Shown here: positions 9,578 to 18,599 of the stretch, one piece after another
Layout: each line of letters starts with the position of its first letter
How positions within the stretch are numbered: the first letter of the stretch is position 1
Origin: Polyangiaceae bacterium
GTDB lineage: Bacteria > Myxococcota_A > Polyangia > Polyangiales > Polyangiaceae
Length of the DNA: 64,000 bases
NCBI GenBank assembly: GCA_033763455.1
Contig: JANRKO010000062.1
Coordinates: 1-64,000, forward strand
Reading direction: 5' to 3'
Translations under genes and position numbers: made by a program
The notes under the pieces: generated by a model
Seen by the model: only the letters and a program-made list of their open reading frames with translations
Databases searched by the model: none
What the model was told of the DNA's origin: nothing

Positions 9578-10234
9578 GTGAAACGCCTCGTTGTTGCCAG
9601 CCTCAACTACTCCTCTTGGTCGGTGCGAGCGTGGCTCGCCCTTAAGTATGCAGGGATTGAATTTCGCACGCACGAGGTGGGCCTATTTGTCGATCCCGAA
9701 TGGAAACAAAAAGTGCTGCAGTTTTCAGGCGCGGGGAAGGTGCCAATCCTTATCGACGGCTCACTGAGTGTGCACGAAGCCTTGGCGATTTGTGAATACG
9801 CAGCTGAGCTTGTGCCTGCCGCTCGCCTTTGGCCGGAAGCGCGGGAGCTGAGGGCGCGAGCCCGTGCCATCAGCTGCGAAATGTCTACAAATTTTGCGTG
9901 CTTGCGCAACGAAATGTCCATGAACGCACGCGCGCGCTTCACATTGAAGGGGGTCTCAGAGGGAGCCAAGTGGGAGATCGCGCGGGTGAAGGACATTTGG
10001 TCGGCTTCGCTGCAAGCCTCTGGCGGCCCGTATCTGTTCGGTCACTTCACGATTGCGGATGCCATGTATTTCCCAATCCTCAGTCGCTTTCGAACCTATG
10101 GCGTCGAGCTTGCGGGGGATTTCGCAAGCTACCAGGCCACACTTTGGGAAACGCCAGTGGTGCAAGAGTGGTGGCGGCTCGCTCAGAGCGCGGCTGCCAT
10201 TCCAAAGTATGACGCTCCAAGCAATTGGGGCTGA
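9578..10234 (+). CDS. Glutathione S-transferase family protein
   Basis: NYSSWSVRAWL, GKVPIL, EALAICEY, GPYLFGHFTIADAMY. Confidence 0.92.
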   Translation: MKRLVVASLNYSSWSVRAWLALKYAGIEFRTHEVGLFVDPEWKQKVLQFSGAGKVPILIDGSLSVHEALAICEYAAELVPAARLWPEARELRARARAISCEMSTNFACLRNEMSMNARARFTLKGVSEGAKWEIARVKDIWSASLQASGGPYLFGHFTIADAMYFPILSRFRTYGVELAGDFASYQATLWETPVVQEWWRLAQSAAAIPKYDAPSNWG

Positions 10235-11550
10235 CTTTTGGAGCTGTGGCGAGGATACCTGGGAGCTCCTCAATGCTCCCGGTAAGTCGCAAAGTAGTCA
10301 GGGCTCGCCTGCCCGCGGCCGTCATCGCGTTCGGGGTTGCGAGCTTCTTCACGGATGTTGGATCCGAGATGATCTTCCCGTTACTTCCGGCGTACGTGGC
10401 TTCGCTAGGGGCAAGCGCGATATTTCTTGGGCTCGTAGAGGGTGTGGCTGACCTTACCTCAAGCCTGTTGCGGCTCGCGTCGGGTTATTTCACTGACCGC
10501 GTAGAGAGGAAAAAGCCTCTGGTGCTTGCCGGCTATGCGCTGGCTTCACTCGTTCGCCCGTTGGTCGCTTTCGCCACAGCTCCTTGGCACGTGTTGGCCG
10601 TACGCGTGACGGACCGAGTTGGGAAAGGTGTGCGCATGGCTCCCCGCGACGTGATGCTCGCCGAATCGGTGGCGCACGAAGATGTGGGGCGCGCATTTGG
10701 GTTTCAGCGAGCGCTCGATCACGCGGGAGCGGTGGTGGGGCCGCTATTGGCCACGGCACTGCTCGGCCTGGGTTTCTCGCTGCAGACTGTATTTCTTTGT
10801 GCTTTTATTCCCGGAGCGCTCGCCGTCGTTGCGGTTAGCACGGTGAGAGAAAGCTTGCCCACAAAAACAAGAATGGATCCTGGGCCCGAACCACGTGCGG
10901 ATGCTTCGACGGCGGAGGTTTCAGTAGCCGCGGCTTCGGCTGCTGCCGCTTCGGTTGCAGCTCCACGTCCCCCAGTGCCGGAGCCGTTACCTGCGTCGCT
11001 GCGCGCCTATTTCGGCATTCTTCTGTTGTTTTCCGTCGGCTGTTCCTCGGATGCGTTTCTTCTTCTACGTGCGCGGGAGCTCGGCGTTGAGCTAGCCGTC
11101 ATCCCGCTGCTTTGGACGGTCTTTCATGTTTCCAAAGCTGCTACCTCCTACGCCGGTGGTGCGTGGTCTGATCGCGTTTCGCGCGTGAAGCTCATTGTGG
11201 TTGGCTGGGCAGTGTATGCGGCCACGTATCTTGGGTTTGGGCTCGCTACGCAGACATGGCAGATCTGGGTGCTTTTCGTGGTCTACGGGGCGTATTACGG
11301 GTTCAGCGAACCTGCCGAGAAGGCGCTCGTGCGCGACTTGGCTCCAGCGAGCTCACGCGGCCGGGCCTTTGGTTACTACAATTTCATGGCCGGGATCAGT
11401 GCAGTGCCTGCGGGGTTGCTTACGGGCTGGCTGTGGCAAAGCGTGAGCCCCCTTGCCGCGCTCGCGACCGGAGCTGCAATCGCAGCGCTGGCATCTGCTG
11501 CGATTCTCGTCTGGAGCCAGATGTGGAACCGCCCAGATGTTAACCAGTGA
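10225..11550 (+). CDS. MFS transporter (true start may be further downstream)
   Basis: ASFFTDVGSEMIFPLLP, DRVGKGVRMAPRD, GRAFGFQRALD; two hydrophobic halves joined by a Pro/Ala linker. Confidence 0.9.
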   Translation: MGLTFGAVARIPGSSSMLPVSRKVVRARLPAAVIAFGVASFFTDVGSEMIFPLLPAYVASLGASAIFLGLVEGVADLTSSLLRLASGYFTDRVERKKPLVLAGYALASLVRPLVAFATAPWHVLAVRVTDRVGKGVRMAPRDVMLAESVAHEDVGRAFGFQRALDHAGAVVGPLLATALLGLGFSLQTVFLCAFIPGALAVVAVSTVRESLPTKTRMDPGPEPRADASTAEVSVAAASAAAASVAAPRPPVPEPLPASLRAYFGILLLFSVGCSSDAFLLLRARELGVELAVIPLLWTVFHVSKAATSYAGGAWSDRVSRVKLIVVGWAVYAATYLGFGLATQTWQIWVLFVVYGAYYGFSEPAEKALVRDLAPASSRGRAFGYYNFMAGISAVPAGLLTGWLWQSVSPLAALATGAAIAALASAAILVWSQMWNRPDVNQ

Positions 11551-11908
11551 GCTTGTTGAACTCCTGCTGAAAGATGGCGTCCGCAATCACGGAAAGGCCA
11601 AATAGTGAGAGCAGAAGGCCCAGCATTCCGAAGTGCGTTTCCGTAGTTCCGCCCTGAGCTCTCAGAAAGGCATCAAGATCCGTACCGAACTTGTACTGGT
11701 AATAGATGTGGAAGAGACCACAGGTGATGAACGAAACGCCCAGCCAGAGCCAGAAATTGTACTCTTCCCGTCCAAGCAGCGTGTTCATCGCCTCGAACTG
11801 CTTCTTGTTCCAGAAGATGTTGTAGATGCCGCACGTGATGACCGTGAATACCACGCCAAGCACAATATCTACGCGGAAGCGAGGGCTTAAGCGTTGGGTT
11901 CCGTACAT
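11540..11908 (-). CDS. Small membrane protein, DUF4234-like
   Basis: Repeated ITCGIYNIFW / ITCGLFHIYY motifs; C-terminal IFQQEFNKL. Confidence 0.7.
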   Translation of the reverse strand: MYGTQRLSPRFRVDIVLGVVFTVITCGIYNIFWNKKQFEAMNTLLGREEYNFWLWLGVSFITCGLFHIYYQYKFGTDLDAFLRAQGGTTETHFGMLGLLLSLFGLSVIADAIFQQEFNKLTG

Positions 11909-11941
11909 AGTGAGTTTCCTGAGAGCGCGCCCAATAGTGAG

Positions 11942-12901
11942 CTACTTCTTAGCATTACCCCGTCGATAGGTTGCTTTTGCATTTTTGTACATCACCTGGT
12001 CGCGCACGGCTGTACCGTGCGGCGCCAGGAATTCCTCCGCCAGACGGATCTGTTCGCCGAAGCTTCCGCCCAGATCTGACACAGGCCAGTTGCTCCCCCA
12101 AATCAAGCGCTGCGGGCCAAATGCGCTCAGCAGCACATCGAAGTGCGCTTGGTACGCCGAGAGATTTGCGGGCGACTTCCAGGTTTTATCTTCCGCGGGC
12201 GCGGTGCTGTACATGTCAAAAAAAGACGAGAATTTAACGAAGATGTTCGGATGCAAATCCGCCAGGCGACGCATGTTGAGCTCCCACTCGGCATCTGGCT
12301 CGGCCCCTTTTGCGCCCGCCAAGTGATCGAGCACGATGCGCAGCTTGGGGGCAGCGGCGGCCAGCTTCGACACCAAGGCTTTCGGATTGAGCGTATTGCG
12401 ACTCACCAAATCCATCACCAGGCCAGCCTTTTCGATCTCACGCACATGAGCCAATTGCGTTTCATCCAACGTGAGCGTGGGGCTCCAAAGAAAACAGCGC
12501 ACACCCACCACACGTTTATCCTTCTTCAGCTCGGCGAGGTTCCTGGCGAAATCAGGAGAGCCTACTTCAAGCTGAGCGACGAGGAACGGAAAAAAGGTAT
12601 CTCCCTTGATCTGATCGAGCACCCAGAAGTTATCTTGGTGCAAAGGGCTCGCCTCCACGATGCCACAGCCAACAATTCCGTGTGCCGCTGCAAGCTCCTT
12701 GTACGCGGCCGGTGTGATATCGCGATACAGCAACTTCTGCTTTTTCGAAGGCCACGGCACGCCGCCTGGTCGAGTCACCTGATAAAGGTGAATGTGCGTA
12801 TCCATGATCGGGCGCGCCTTTGAAGCGCTGGGAGCTTTGGGAGCTTTGGGAGCTTTGGGAGCGGCCTTCTTGGCGGGAGAAGCTGGGGTGTTCTTGGGCA
12901 T
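11942..12901 (-). CDS. Amidohydrolase_2 family (sugar lactonase-like) protein with Lys/Ala/Pro-rich N-terminus
   Basis: IMDTHIH, VLDHLAG, FGPQRLIWGSNWPV. Start placed at ATG 12901 because the longer ORF overlaps the divergent gene. Confidence 0.85.
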   Translation of the reverse strand: MPKNTPASPAKKAAPKAPKAPKAPSASKARPIMDTHIHLYQVTRPGGVPWPSKKQKLLYRDITPAAYKELAAAHGIVGCGIVEASPLHQDNFWVLDQIKGDTFFPFLVAQLEVGSPDFARNLAELKKDKRVVGVRCFLWSPTLTLDETQLAHVREIEKAGLVMDLVSRNTLNPKALVSKLAAAAPKLRIVLDHLAGAKGAEPDAEWELNMRRLADLHPNIFVKFSSFFDMYSTAPAEDKTWKSPANLSAYQAHFDVLLSAFGPQRLIWGSNWPVSDLGGSFGEQIRLAEEFLAPHGTAVRDQVMYKNAKATYRRGNAKK

Positions 12902-13027
12902 GGGTGTTAGCCTGGCGGATAACATGAGCGGCAGGTGGGGGGCTACGTGGGAGCTTGAAGCGGGTCGAAAAACAGGCCACTCTCGCTGTCCTTTGCCTGG
13001 GGGTAACGCCAAGATCAGAGGACCAAC

Positions 13028-14458
13028 ATGTTTCGAAGCCTTCTGCAAACACGCTCAACCTCAGCGATCAACTCTAGTTACGCTCGTGTCACATCCTGGC
13101 GCGCTTTGTCATTCGCTCTCCTAGGGCTCTCGGGAGTTTTGGTGGCCGTGGGATGTTCGTCACCCGCGGTGCGCAACGCTGAAGGCAAGGCAACGTCAGC
13201 GGCTTCGGGGGGTAGTGGTGCCGGTGGTGGCTCACAGATTAACAACAGTGCAGGCGGAGCATTTGTGAGCACTGGGGCTGGCGGAAGGATGGGTACGGCA
13301 AGCGGCGGTGCTTCAAATGCCAACTCGGGTGGTGCTACCGCAGCAGGCGGCGGTGGCACGGTGATTAACACCGGCTGGTGGGACCCCGCTTGGGCCAGGC
13401 GCAGAGTCATTACGGTTCAGGGGCCCCAAGCGGAAGCGCTGGTTAACTTCCCGGTGCCCGTGAAGCTTGGCGCCGACTTTGACTTCGCAAGCGCGAAGAG
13501 CATGGGTGAAGACATCCGTTTTACCGACGCTTCAGGCACACCTCTGGATTCCGAGATCGAAAGCTGGAGCGCTACGGAAGCGGTAGTTTGGGTGCGCGTG
13601 CCGAGCTTGCCCCCGATGGGTCAGAGCGTGGAATTGCGCATGTACTACGGGAATCCTGCAGCAACTGCACTGCCGGCTTCGGCGACACAGGGCGTGTGGA
13701 GCGCGGACTCCTACATCGGCGTATGGCACTTTGCGGACGGCAAGGATTCGGGCGCGGGGAAGTACGACGGCAAAGCGATGACCGGGGCTGGTGATGGCGG
13801 AATGGAGAACGGTGCTGGGACGGAGTTTGTCGCCGCGAAGGTCGGTAAAGGACTTCTGTTGCGCCAAGCTGTGCAGTCCCACTTCGATTTGCCTCAGGCA
13901 GCTGTAAAGTTGGGTGGGGCACCGGCGATGTCGTTCTCCGGGTGGTGGCAGGCCCACCCTTCCACGGTCGACTCAGCGGGTGCGATTATCGCGCTCGCGG
14001 GTAACGGCGCTATCGGGGGGGTTCCTGGGGGGCACGCCGCCTTCGAGATCGACCAGGAGGGAGAAGGGCTCTACGTGGTTGCCAACCCTGTCTGGGTGAA
14101 GGACATGCCCTTCATTCATGAGTTTCGACTAAATAATGGGAAGGTTGTGAACGACGTCTGGACACACATCGTGGTCGTCGTTGACCTGGTGTCGAGTACT
14201 ACAGTTGTCTATCAAGATGGCGTTCAGGTCGAAATGCAGACCGGGATCGATTACATGACGATGAAGTTCCCCGATGGGCTCCTCGCCGATGGGGGTTATT
14301 TCGGGTGCGATCCGACAGTAAACGGCGCCTTCGCCAATGCCACGATGGACGAATTCCGCCTCCAAAAGGTCCCTCGCTCTGCCGAGTGGGTCAAAGCCGA
14401 ATTCGCCTCGATGACGTCGCCCACGTTTGCGGTGGTCGGCGGCCTCGAGACGCACTGA
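13028..14458 (+). CDS. Secreted lipoprotein with DUF2341 and LamG-like domains
   Basis: VAVGC lipobox, Gly-rich linker, GEDIRFTD...EIESW...VWVRVP...MYYGN, WTHIVVV, MDEFRL...RSAEWVKAEF. Confidence 0.8.
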   Translation: MFRSLLQTRSTSAINSSYARVTSWRALSFALLGLSGVLVAVGCSSPAVRNAEGKATSAASGGSGAGGGSQINNSAGGAFVSTGAGGRMGTASGGASNANSGGATAAGGGGTVINTGWWDPAWARRRVITVQGPQAEALVNFPVPVKLGADFDFASAKSMGEDIRFTDASGTPLDSEIESWSATEAVVWVRVPSLPPMGQSVELRMYYGNPAATALPASATQGVWSADSYIGVWHFADGKDSGAGKYDGKAMTGAGDGGMENGAGTEFVAAKVGKGLLLRQAVQSHFDLPQAAVKLGGAPAMSFSGWWQAHPSTVDSAGAIIALAGNGAIGGVPGGHAAFEIDQEGEGLYVVANPVWVKDMPFIHEFRLNNGKVVNDVWTHIVVVVDLVSSTTVVYQDGVQVEMQTGIDYMTMKFPDGLLADGGYFGCDPTVNGAFANATMDEFRLQKVPRSAEWVKAEFASMTSPTFAVVGGLETH

Positions 14459-14467
14459 GTTCCCCCA

Positions 14468-15229
14468 GTGAAGATCGATCTGCACGGAAAGCTGGCCGTT
14501 GTTACCGGCGGCTCTGGCCAGTTGGGGCGCGTGATCTGCCGCGCTCTGGCTAACTGCGGTGCGAGTGTTGCCGTGAATTACATTCGCAATCAGAAGATGG
14601 CCGAGCAGGTTGCAGGTGAGGTGAGAGAGCGCGGTGGACGGAGCTTGGCGATTCAGGCTGACGTGACCGATAAATCCGCCATTTTATCTATGAAGGCACG
14701 CATCGAAGCGGAGCTAGGGGTGCCGGACATCATTGTTACCAATGCCGTGATTCAGTACGCGTGGACGCAGGTTCTCGAACAAAATGTCGCCGATTACGAG
14801 AGCCAATTTCGCTCGTGTGTGCTTCACAATGTGCTGATGGCGCAAGCTTTTGTGCCGGCCATGGTGGAGCGTAAGCGCGGGAGGGTTATTGCTATCAATA
14901 CCGAGTGCGCGATGCAGAATTTCCCGAACCAATCGGCGTATGTTGCTGGCAAACGCGGCATGGATGGAGTGCTTCGCGTATTAGCTCGCGAAGTGGGCGA
15001 ACATCAGATCACCGTGAACCAGGTGGCGCCCGGTTGGGTGGTGAGCCACGACGTGCCGGATGGAAATAGCGAGGCTGAACGCGGCTACAAATCAAAAGTG
15101 CCCATGAAGCGTCGAGGTACCGATCAAGACGTGGCCAATCTTGTGGCGTTTTTGGCCTCGGATTTGGCTCAATTCATTAGCGGACAGTACATTTCTGTGT
15201 CGGGTGGGAATGTGATGCCGGCGATTTGA
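14468..15229 (+). CDS. SDR family oxidoreductase
   Basis: VTGGSGQLG, QADVTD, YVAGK catalytic motif, ITVNQVAPG. Confidence 0.92.
   Translation: MKIDLHGKLAVVTGGSGQLGRVICRALANCGASVAVNYIRNQKMAEQVAGEVRERGGRSLAIQADVTDKSAILSMKARIEAELGVPDIIVTNAVIQYAWTQVLEQNVADYESQFRSCVLHNVLMAQAFVPAMVERKRGRVIAINTECAMQNFPNQSAYVAGKRGMDGVLRVLAREVGEHQITVNQVAPGWVVSHDVPDGNSEAERGYKSKVPMKRRGTDQDVANLVAFLASDLAQFISGQYISVSGGNVMPAI
15015..15085 (+). repeat. Left copy of a 71-bp degenerate direct repeat (inside the SDR gene)
   Basis: 64/71 nt identical, ungapped, to 30939-31009 (aligned by hand). Confidence 0.9.
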
Positions 15230-15258
15230 AGGGGACCCCGCCGTTCGCACGCAGGCCA

Positions 15259-16920
15259 TCACGAGGCCACGGCTTCACCATTCGCTGGTGTAGGTGCTCT
15301 CAGCATGATCACCTCGCTACGTTCTGCGTCGGCATCGGTCAGCTCCACGTTGAGGGCCTTCAGCGTGTCCTTGGCGTTTCGCAGGAGCAGGCTCAGCTTA
15401 TCGCCTCCTTTTCGAAGCTCTTCGCCAAGTTCTTCGGCATCCTTCCGAATGCGCTCCGCCAGCTTCTTCATCGTTTCGTGACGTTTGAGTTCCTGTTGTA
15501 TGCGGTGTTCAACGTCGGCCAAGGCTTTAATGTCGCCTTCGTCCAGCGGGCGGCGTTGGCGGCTGGCAAGCGCGAGCCCTAGGATCACGCCCGCGTGCAA
15601 GTAAGGGTCAGTCGAATCGTCTTCGTCATCCCAGGTGACGAGGACGTCTTGGCCGTAGCGCGCCATTGCGGGGAAGCCGGCAGGTGCGTGGCTCTTGGCC
15701 ATCACGAAAAGGCCAACTTGAGCACTTCGGTTGCTACGTGCGACCTCGAGCTCTGCCAGGGCTCGCGACACCGTGTAGGAGGAGTCGTGCTTCATCTCAA
15801 CGACGAGCGCAGCTCCTGCGAAGAGGCTTTCCTCATTAAACCGCAGCAGCTGGTCGCCGACTTTGCTGCCGGGGCGAGCGCCGACAATGCCGCCGAGGTT
15901 GTCGACGATAATCGGAGCGCCGTGGACCGCGCGCTGGATGAAGTTCAGGCCGTTATCCTGAAATGTATTGCCACCGCGTGCGCAGCGTGCGTCTCCGCGT
16001 CGCCGCTCTTCGAGGCGTGCGACCGATTCGCGAATATAGTGGTCCAGCTTCTGCTGCCGCTCTTCGACAACCAGGGCCTCCGTCTGCGATTTGGCCTGGG
16101 CCTCCAGCAGTGAGGAGAGCGACGCCTTCAGCACTGCGAGTGGTGAACCGGGTTCATCGGGATTCATGGCGTGCAAGAAGGCCAAACGAGCGGACTGGGT
16201 CTCACGCATGAGCCGGCTCAAGAGGGATGCTTCGTCGTTTGCGTCCAGGGCCTTCGTCACTGCGGCTAGCTGCTTCGTTCGGTCGTTGTCCGCCTTTTCG
16301 ATGTCGATGCGCAGTGCCCGAAGGAAACGCGTAACGTGGCCGTCTTCGTTCAAGGGATCCAGTGCTTTCGCCAAGGAAAGCTGATTTTGCGCGAGCGCTT
16401 CCCGAATGCGGGTTTCAAGCACGTGCACGATGCCTTCGTGATCGGTGGGGCTGAGGCGTTTAAGAAGCGGGCTGTTTTCTCCGAGTTGCCCTGCGAGCGT
16501 GCGGGCAAGAGCACCGTGCTCCGGCGCGAGATACTTCTCCATAGCGTGGGTCAATTGTCCTCCGTCCTTGACGAAGCCGTCGATGCGCTGGGCAACCTGG
16601 CCATCGTTGGGATCAAAGTATCGCTTCAACATTTCCACCAGGAGATCATGGTGGCGAACGACGTGCGTCTGGAGCTCCCGATCCAGGTCGGACAAGATGG
16701 TCTTGCCAACGTCGGCCAGGCGAGCTTCCTCGGCGTTGCGGTGGGCATTCATGATCGCTCGGACGCCGACCGTCCAGGCGTCGGCAACGAAGCTGCGCCG
16801 TTGGCCTTCGTCGAGCGGGAGCAACGTTGAAACAACGTCTGACCGCGAATCGCGGATGGAGGCGTCAAGGTTGGAGGTGTCCATTTGAACGTCGATGGCG
16901 AGGGGGCTTTGAGTTAACAT
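15259..16920 (-). CDS. Uncharacterised protein: long coiled coil plus C-terminal PD-(D/E)XK-like (RmuC/DUF2130-like) nuclease domain
   Basis: Helical L/E/R/K-rich N-terminal ~300 aa, then GGNTFQD...SKVGDQLL...LVVEMKH...ELEVARSNR, then a terminal coiled coil. The ORF is solid; the nuclease call is from the motif only. Confidence 0.6.
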   Translation of the reverse strand: MLTQSPLAIDVQMDTSNLDASIRDSRSDVVSTLLPLDEGQRRSFVADAWTVGVRAIMNAHRNAEEARLADVGKTILSDLDRELQTHVVRHHDLLVEMLKRYFDPNDGQVAQRIDGFVKDGGQLTHAMEKYLAPEHGALARTLAGQLGENSPLLKRLSPTDHEGIVHVLETRIREALAQNQLSLAKALDPLNEDGHVTRFLRALRIDIEKADNDRTKQLAAVTKALDANDEASLLSRLMRETQSARLAFLHAMNPDEPGSPLAVLKASLSSLLEAQAKSQTEALVVEERQQKLDHYIRESVARLEERRRGDARCARGGNTFQDNGLNFIQRAVHGAPIIVDNLGGIVGARPGSKVGDQLLRFNEESLFAGAALVVEMKHDSSYTVSRALAELEVARSNRSAQVGLFVMAKSHAPAGFPAMARYGQDVLVTWDDEDDSTDPYLHAGVILGLALASRQRRPLDEGDIKALADVEHRIQQELKRHETMKKLAERIRKDAEELGEELRKGGDKLSLLLRNAKDTLKALNVELTDADAERSEVIMLRAPTPANGEAVAS

Positions 16921-16932
16921 GCCAGGCGGTAT

Positions 16933-16948
16933 TCCAAGGAGCGTGCCA
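16933..16948 (-). promoter_or_regulatory. Candidate sigma54 (-24/-12) promoter for the 553-aa gene
   Basis: Minus strand TGGCACG-CTCC-TTGGA versus consensus TGGCACG-N4-TTGCW (one mismatch at -12); ATG 14 nt after the -12 base. Confidence 0.6.
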
Positions 16949-17000
16949 GGCCGGGCGAGGGGCTCCTTGTCCAGGATTTATGGGGTTTTCGCTAATTGCT

Positions 17001-17036
17001 CCCTGAGCCAGAATAAGTCGTCTTCTGAGATCAGAA
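17001..17036. promoter_or_regulatory. Candidate enhancer/operator for the sigma54 activator
   Basis: Inverted repeat TTCTGA-GA-TCAGAA (17023-17036) and related CCCTGAGCCAGAA (17001-17013); CTGAG cores 22 bp apart, ~80-115 bp upstream of the predicted sigma54 start. Confidence 0.4.
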
Positions 17037-17056
17037 AATCCGTTATGCTCTCGCCG

Positions 17057-18547
17057 ATGGGAGCAGTCCTGGTGACTTGGTTTGGTACAACCGACCTGCG
17101 CGCGGCGAAGGGCGAGGCCACTGTTGGTCTCGGTCCCGTGGCGCAGGCGGCCAAGGTTCGGGACTTCGAACAAATTGTCTTGGTCACCAACTACTCCAAA
17201 GCTGACACGCAGCTGTTCGTGGGCTGGCTAAAGAAGCAAACGTCTGCGCCGATCGTGGTCCGCACTGAGAAGCTCAGCTCACCCACCCATTATGGCGATA
17301 TCTATCGGGCCGTAACGAACACCCTGGAGTGGTTAGTCCCCAGCATCAGTCCCAAGACGCGTCTGACGTTTCACCTGAGCCCCGGTACACCCGCCATGGC
17401 CGCCATATGGATCCTGGTGGCTCCTCGGTACGGAGCCGAGCTGATCCAGTCATCCAAGGAAGCGGGGGTTGAGGCGGCGAACGTCCCGTTCGAGATTGCT
17501 GCGGAGTTCGTGCCTGCACTTGTTAGGCAAGGCAACGCCAAGTTGGAGGAGTTTGCCGCGGGTGCTCACCCTGAGGACCCGAGCTTCGCCAACATCATTG
17601 GGCGAAGTGACGCAGTTGCAACCATGGTTGAGCGGGCCCGTCAGGCTGCGCCTTACTTGGCGCCAGTTCTGATCGAAGGCGAATCCGGCACCGGAAAGGA
17701 GCTCCTCGCGGCAGCGGTGCATCACGCCAGTGCTCGGAAAGGGGAATTCGTGCCGGTGAATTGCGGAGCGATCCCGAGAGAACTGGTTGAGTCGACGTTC
17801 TTCGGGCACGTGCAAGGCGCGTTCACGGGCGCCAAGACCGCCTCCATCGGTGCCTTCCAGCGCGCCAACGGAGGTACGTTGTTCTTGGATGAAGTCGGAG
17901 AGCTGCCTCTAGAAGCGCAAGTAAAGCTGCTGCGCGCGCTTCAGGAAAAGAAGGTACAAAGGGTTGGCTCAAGCACCGAGACAGCAGTCGACGTGCGGGT
18001 GGTGGCAGCGACAAATCGCGATCTGATGGCCGAGGTTACGGCGGGGCGCTTTCGGGAGGATCTCTACTTCCGTCTCGGAGTTCTGCTCTTGCGCACCCCG
18101 CCGCTGCGCGACCGAGAGGGCGACGTATTGCTCTTAGCGGATCGCCAGCTTGACGCTCTCAACGCGGAGCGTCCCACTACCCAGCATAAGAAACTTTCTG
18201 CTGGGGCAAAATCTCTTCTCCTCAGACAGCCGTGGCCCGGGAATATTCGGGAGCTGCAGGCGACGCTGCTCCGGGCTTTTGTGTGGTCCAAGGGGACGTC
18301 GATCGACGAGAAAGCGCTGGCGGCGGCGCTCATTGTCCGAGCCACGATGAAAGATAGAGATGTACTCCACCGGCCGCTCGGAAATGGCTTTAAACTACAG
18401 GATTCGCTCGGGGAGGTTATCCGCCACTACCTCACCCGGGCGGTCGAAGAAGCCCACGGCAACAAGACCAAGGCCGCCGAGCTCATCGGCTTTACGCACT
18501 ACCAAACGCTCACGAACTGGGCGAAGAAGTATGGGGTGGAATTGTGA
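17057..18547 (+). CDS. Sigma54-dependent activator with RtcR-like CARF sensor, AAA+ domain and Fis-type HTH
   Basis: LTFHLSPGTPAMAAIWILV (RtcR/CARF-like), GESGTGKE, PVNCGAIP, intact GAFTGA, LFLDEVGE, FREDLYFRL, WPGNIREL, GNKTKAAELIG. Start ATG 17057 lies 7 nt after a TATGCT -10-like hexamer. Confidence 0.88.
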   Translation: MGAVLVTWFGTTDLRAAKGEATVGLGPVAQAAKVRDFEQIVLVTNYSKADTQLFVGWLKKQTSAPIVVRTEKLSSPTHYGDIYRAVTNTLEWLVPSISPKTRLTFHLSPGTPAMAAIWILVAPRYGAELIQSSKEAGVEAANVPFEIAAEFVPALVRQGNAKLEEFAAGAHPEDPSFANIIGRSDAVATMVERARQAAPYLAPVLIEGESGTGKELLAAAVHHASARKGEFVPVNCGAIPRELVESTFFGHVQGAFTGAKTASIGAFQRANGGTLFLDEVGELPLEAQVKLLRALQEKKVQRVGSSTETAVDVRVVAATNRDLMAEVTAGRFREDLYFRLGVLLLRTPPLRDREGDVLLLADRQLDALNAERPTTQHKKLSAGAKSLLLRQPWPGNIRELQATLLRAFVWSKGTSIDEKALAAALIVRATMKDRDVLHRPLGNGFKLQDSLGEVIRHYLTRAVEEAHGNKTKAAELIGFTHYQTLTNWAKKYGVEL

Positions 18548-18563
18548 TGGAACGAATCCTGCT
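18548..18563 (+). promoter_or_regulatory. Candidate sigma54 (-24/-12) promoter for the hsdR-hsdM-hsdS operon
   Basis: TGGAACG-AATC-CTGCT with GG (18549-50) and GC (18561-62) exactly 10 nt apart; begins right after the activator stop codon. Confidence 0.6.
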
Positions 18564-18599
18564 GATAGCTCGGGCATGTCTCACGGCGAGGTCCCGTTC

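Noticed and set aside
12829..12862. 9-bp tandem repeat (GGGAGCTTT) as a contingency locus
   Set aside because: In-frame unit encoding the APK repeats of a low-complexity tail; it cannot shift the frame.
16919..17056. N-terminal extension of the sigma54 activator in the ORF track
   Set aside because: It runs across the divergent promoter region; family-like sequence begins at MGAVLVTW (17057).
18360..18575. Long N-terminal extension of HsdR
   Set aside because: It overlaps the activator's HTH coding region; the SD and family-like start are at 18600.
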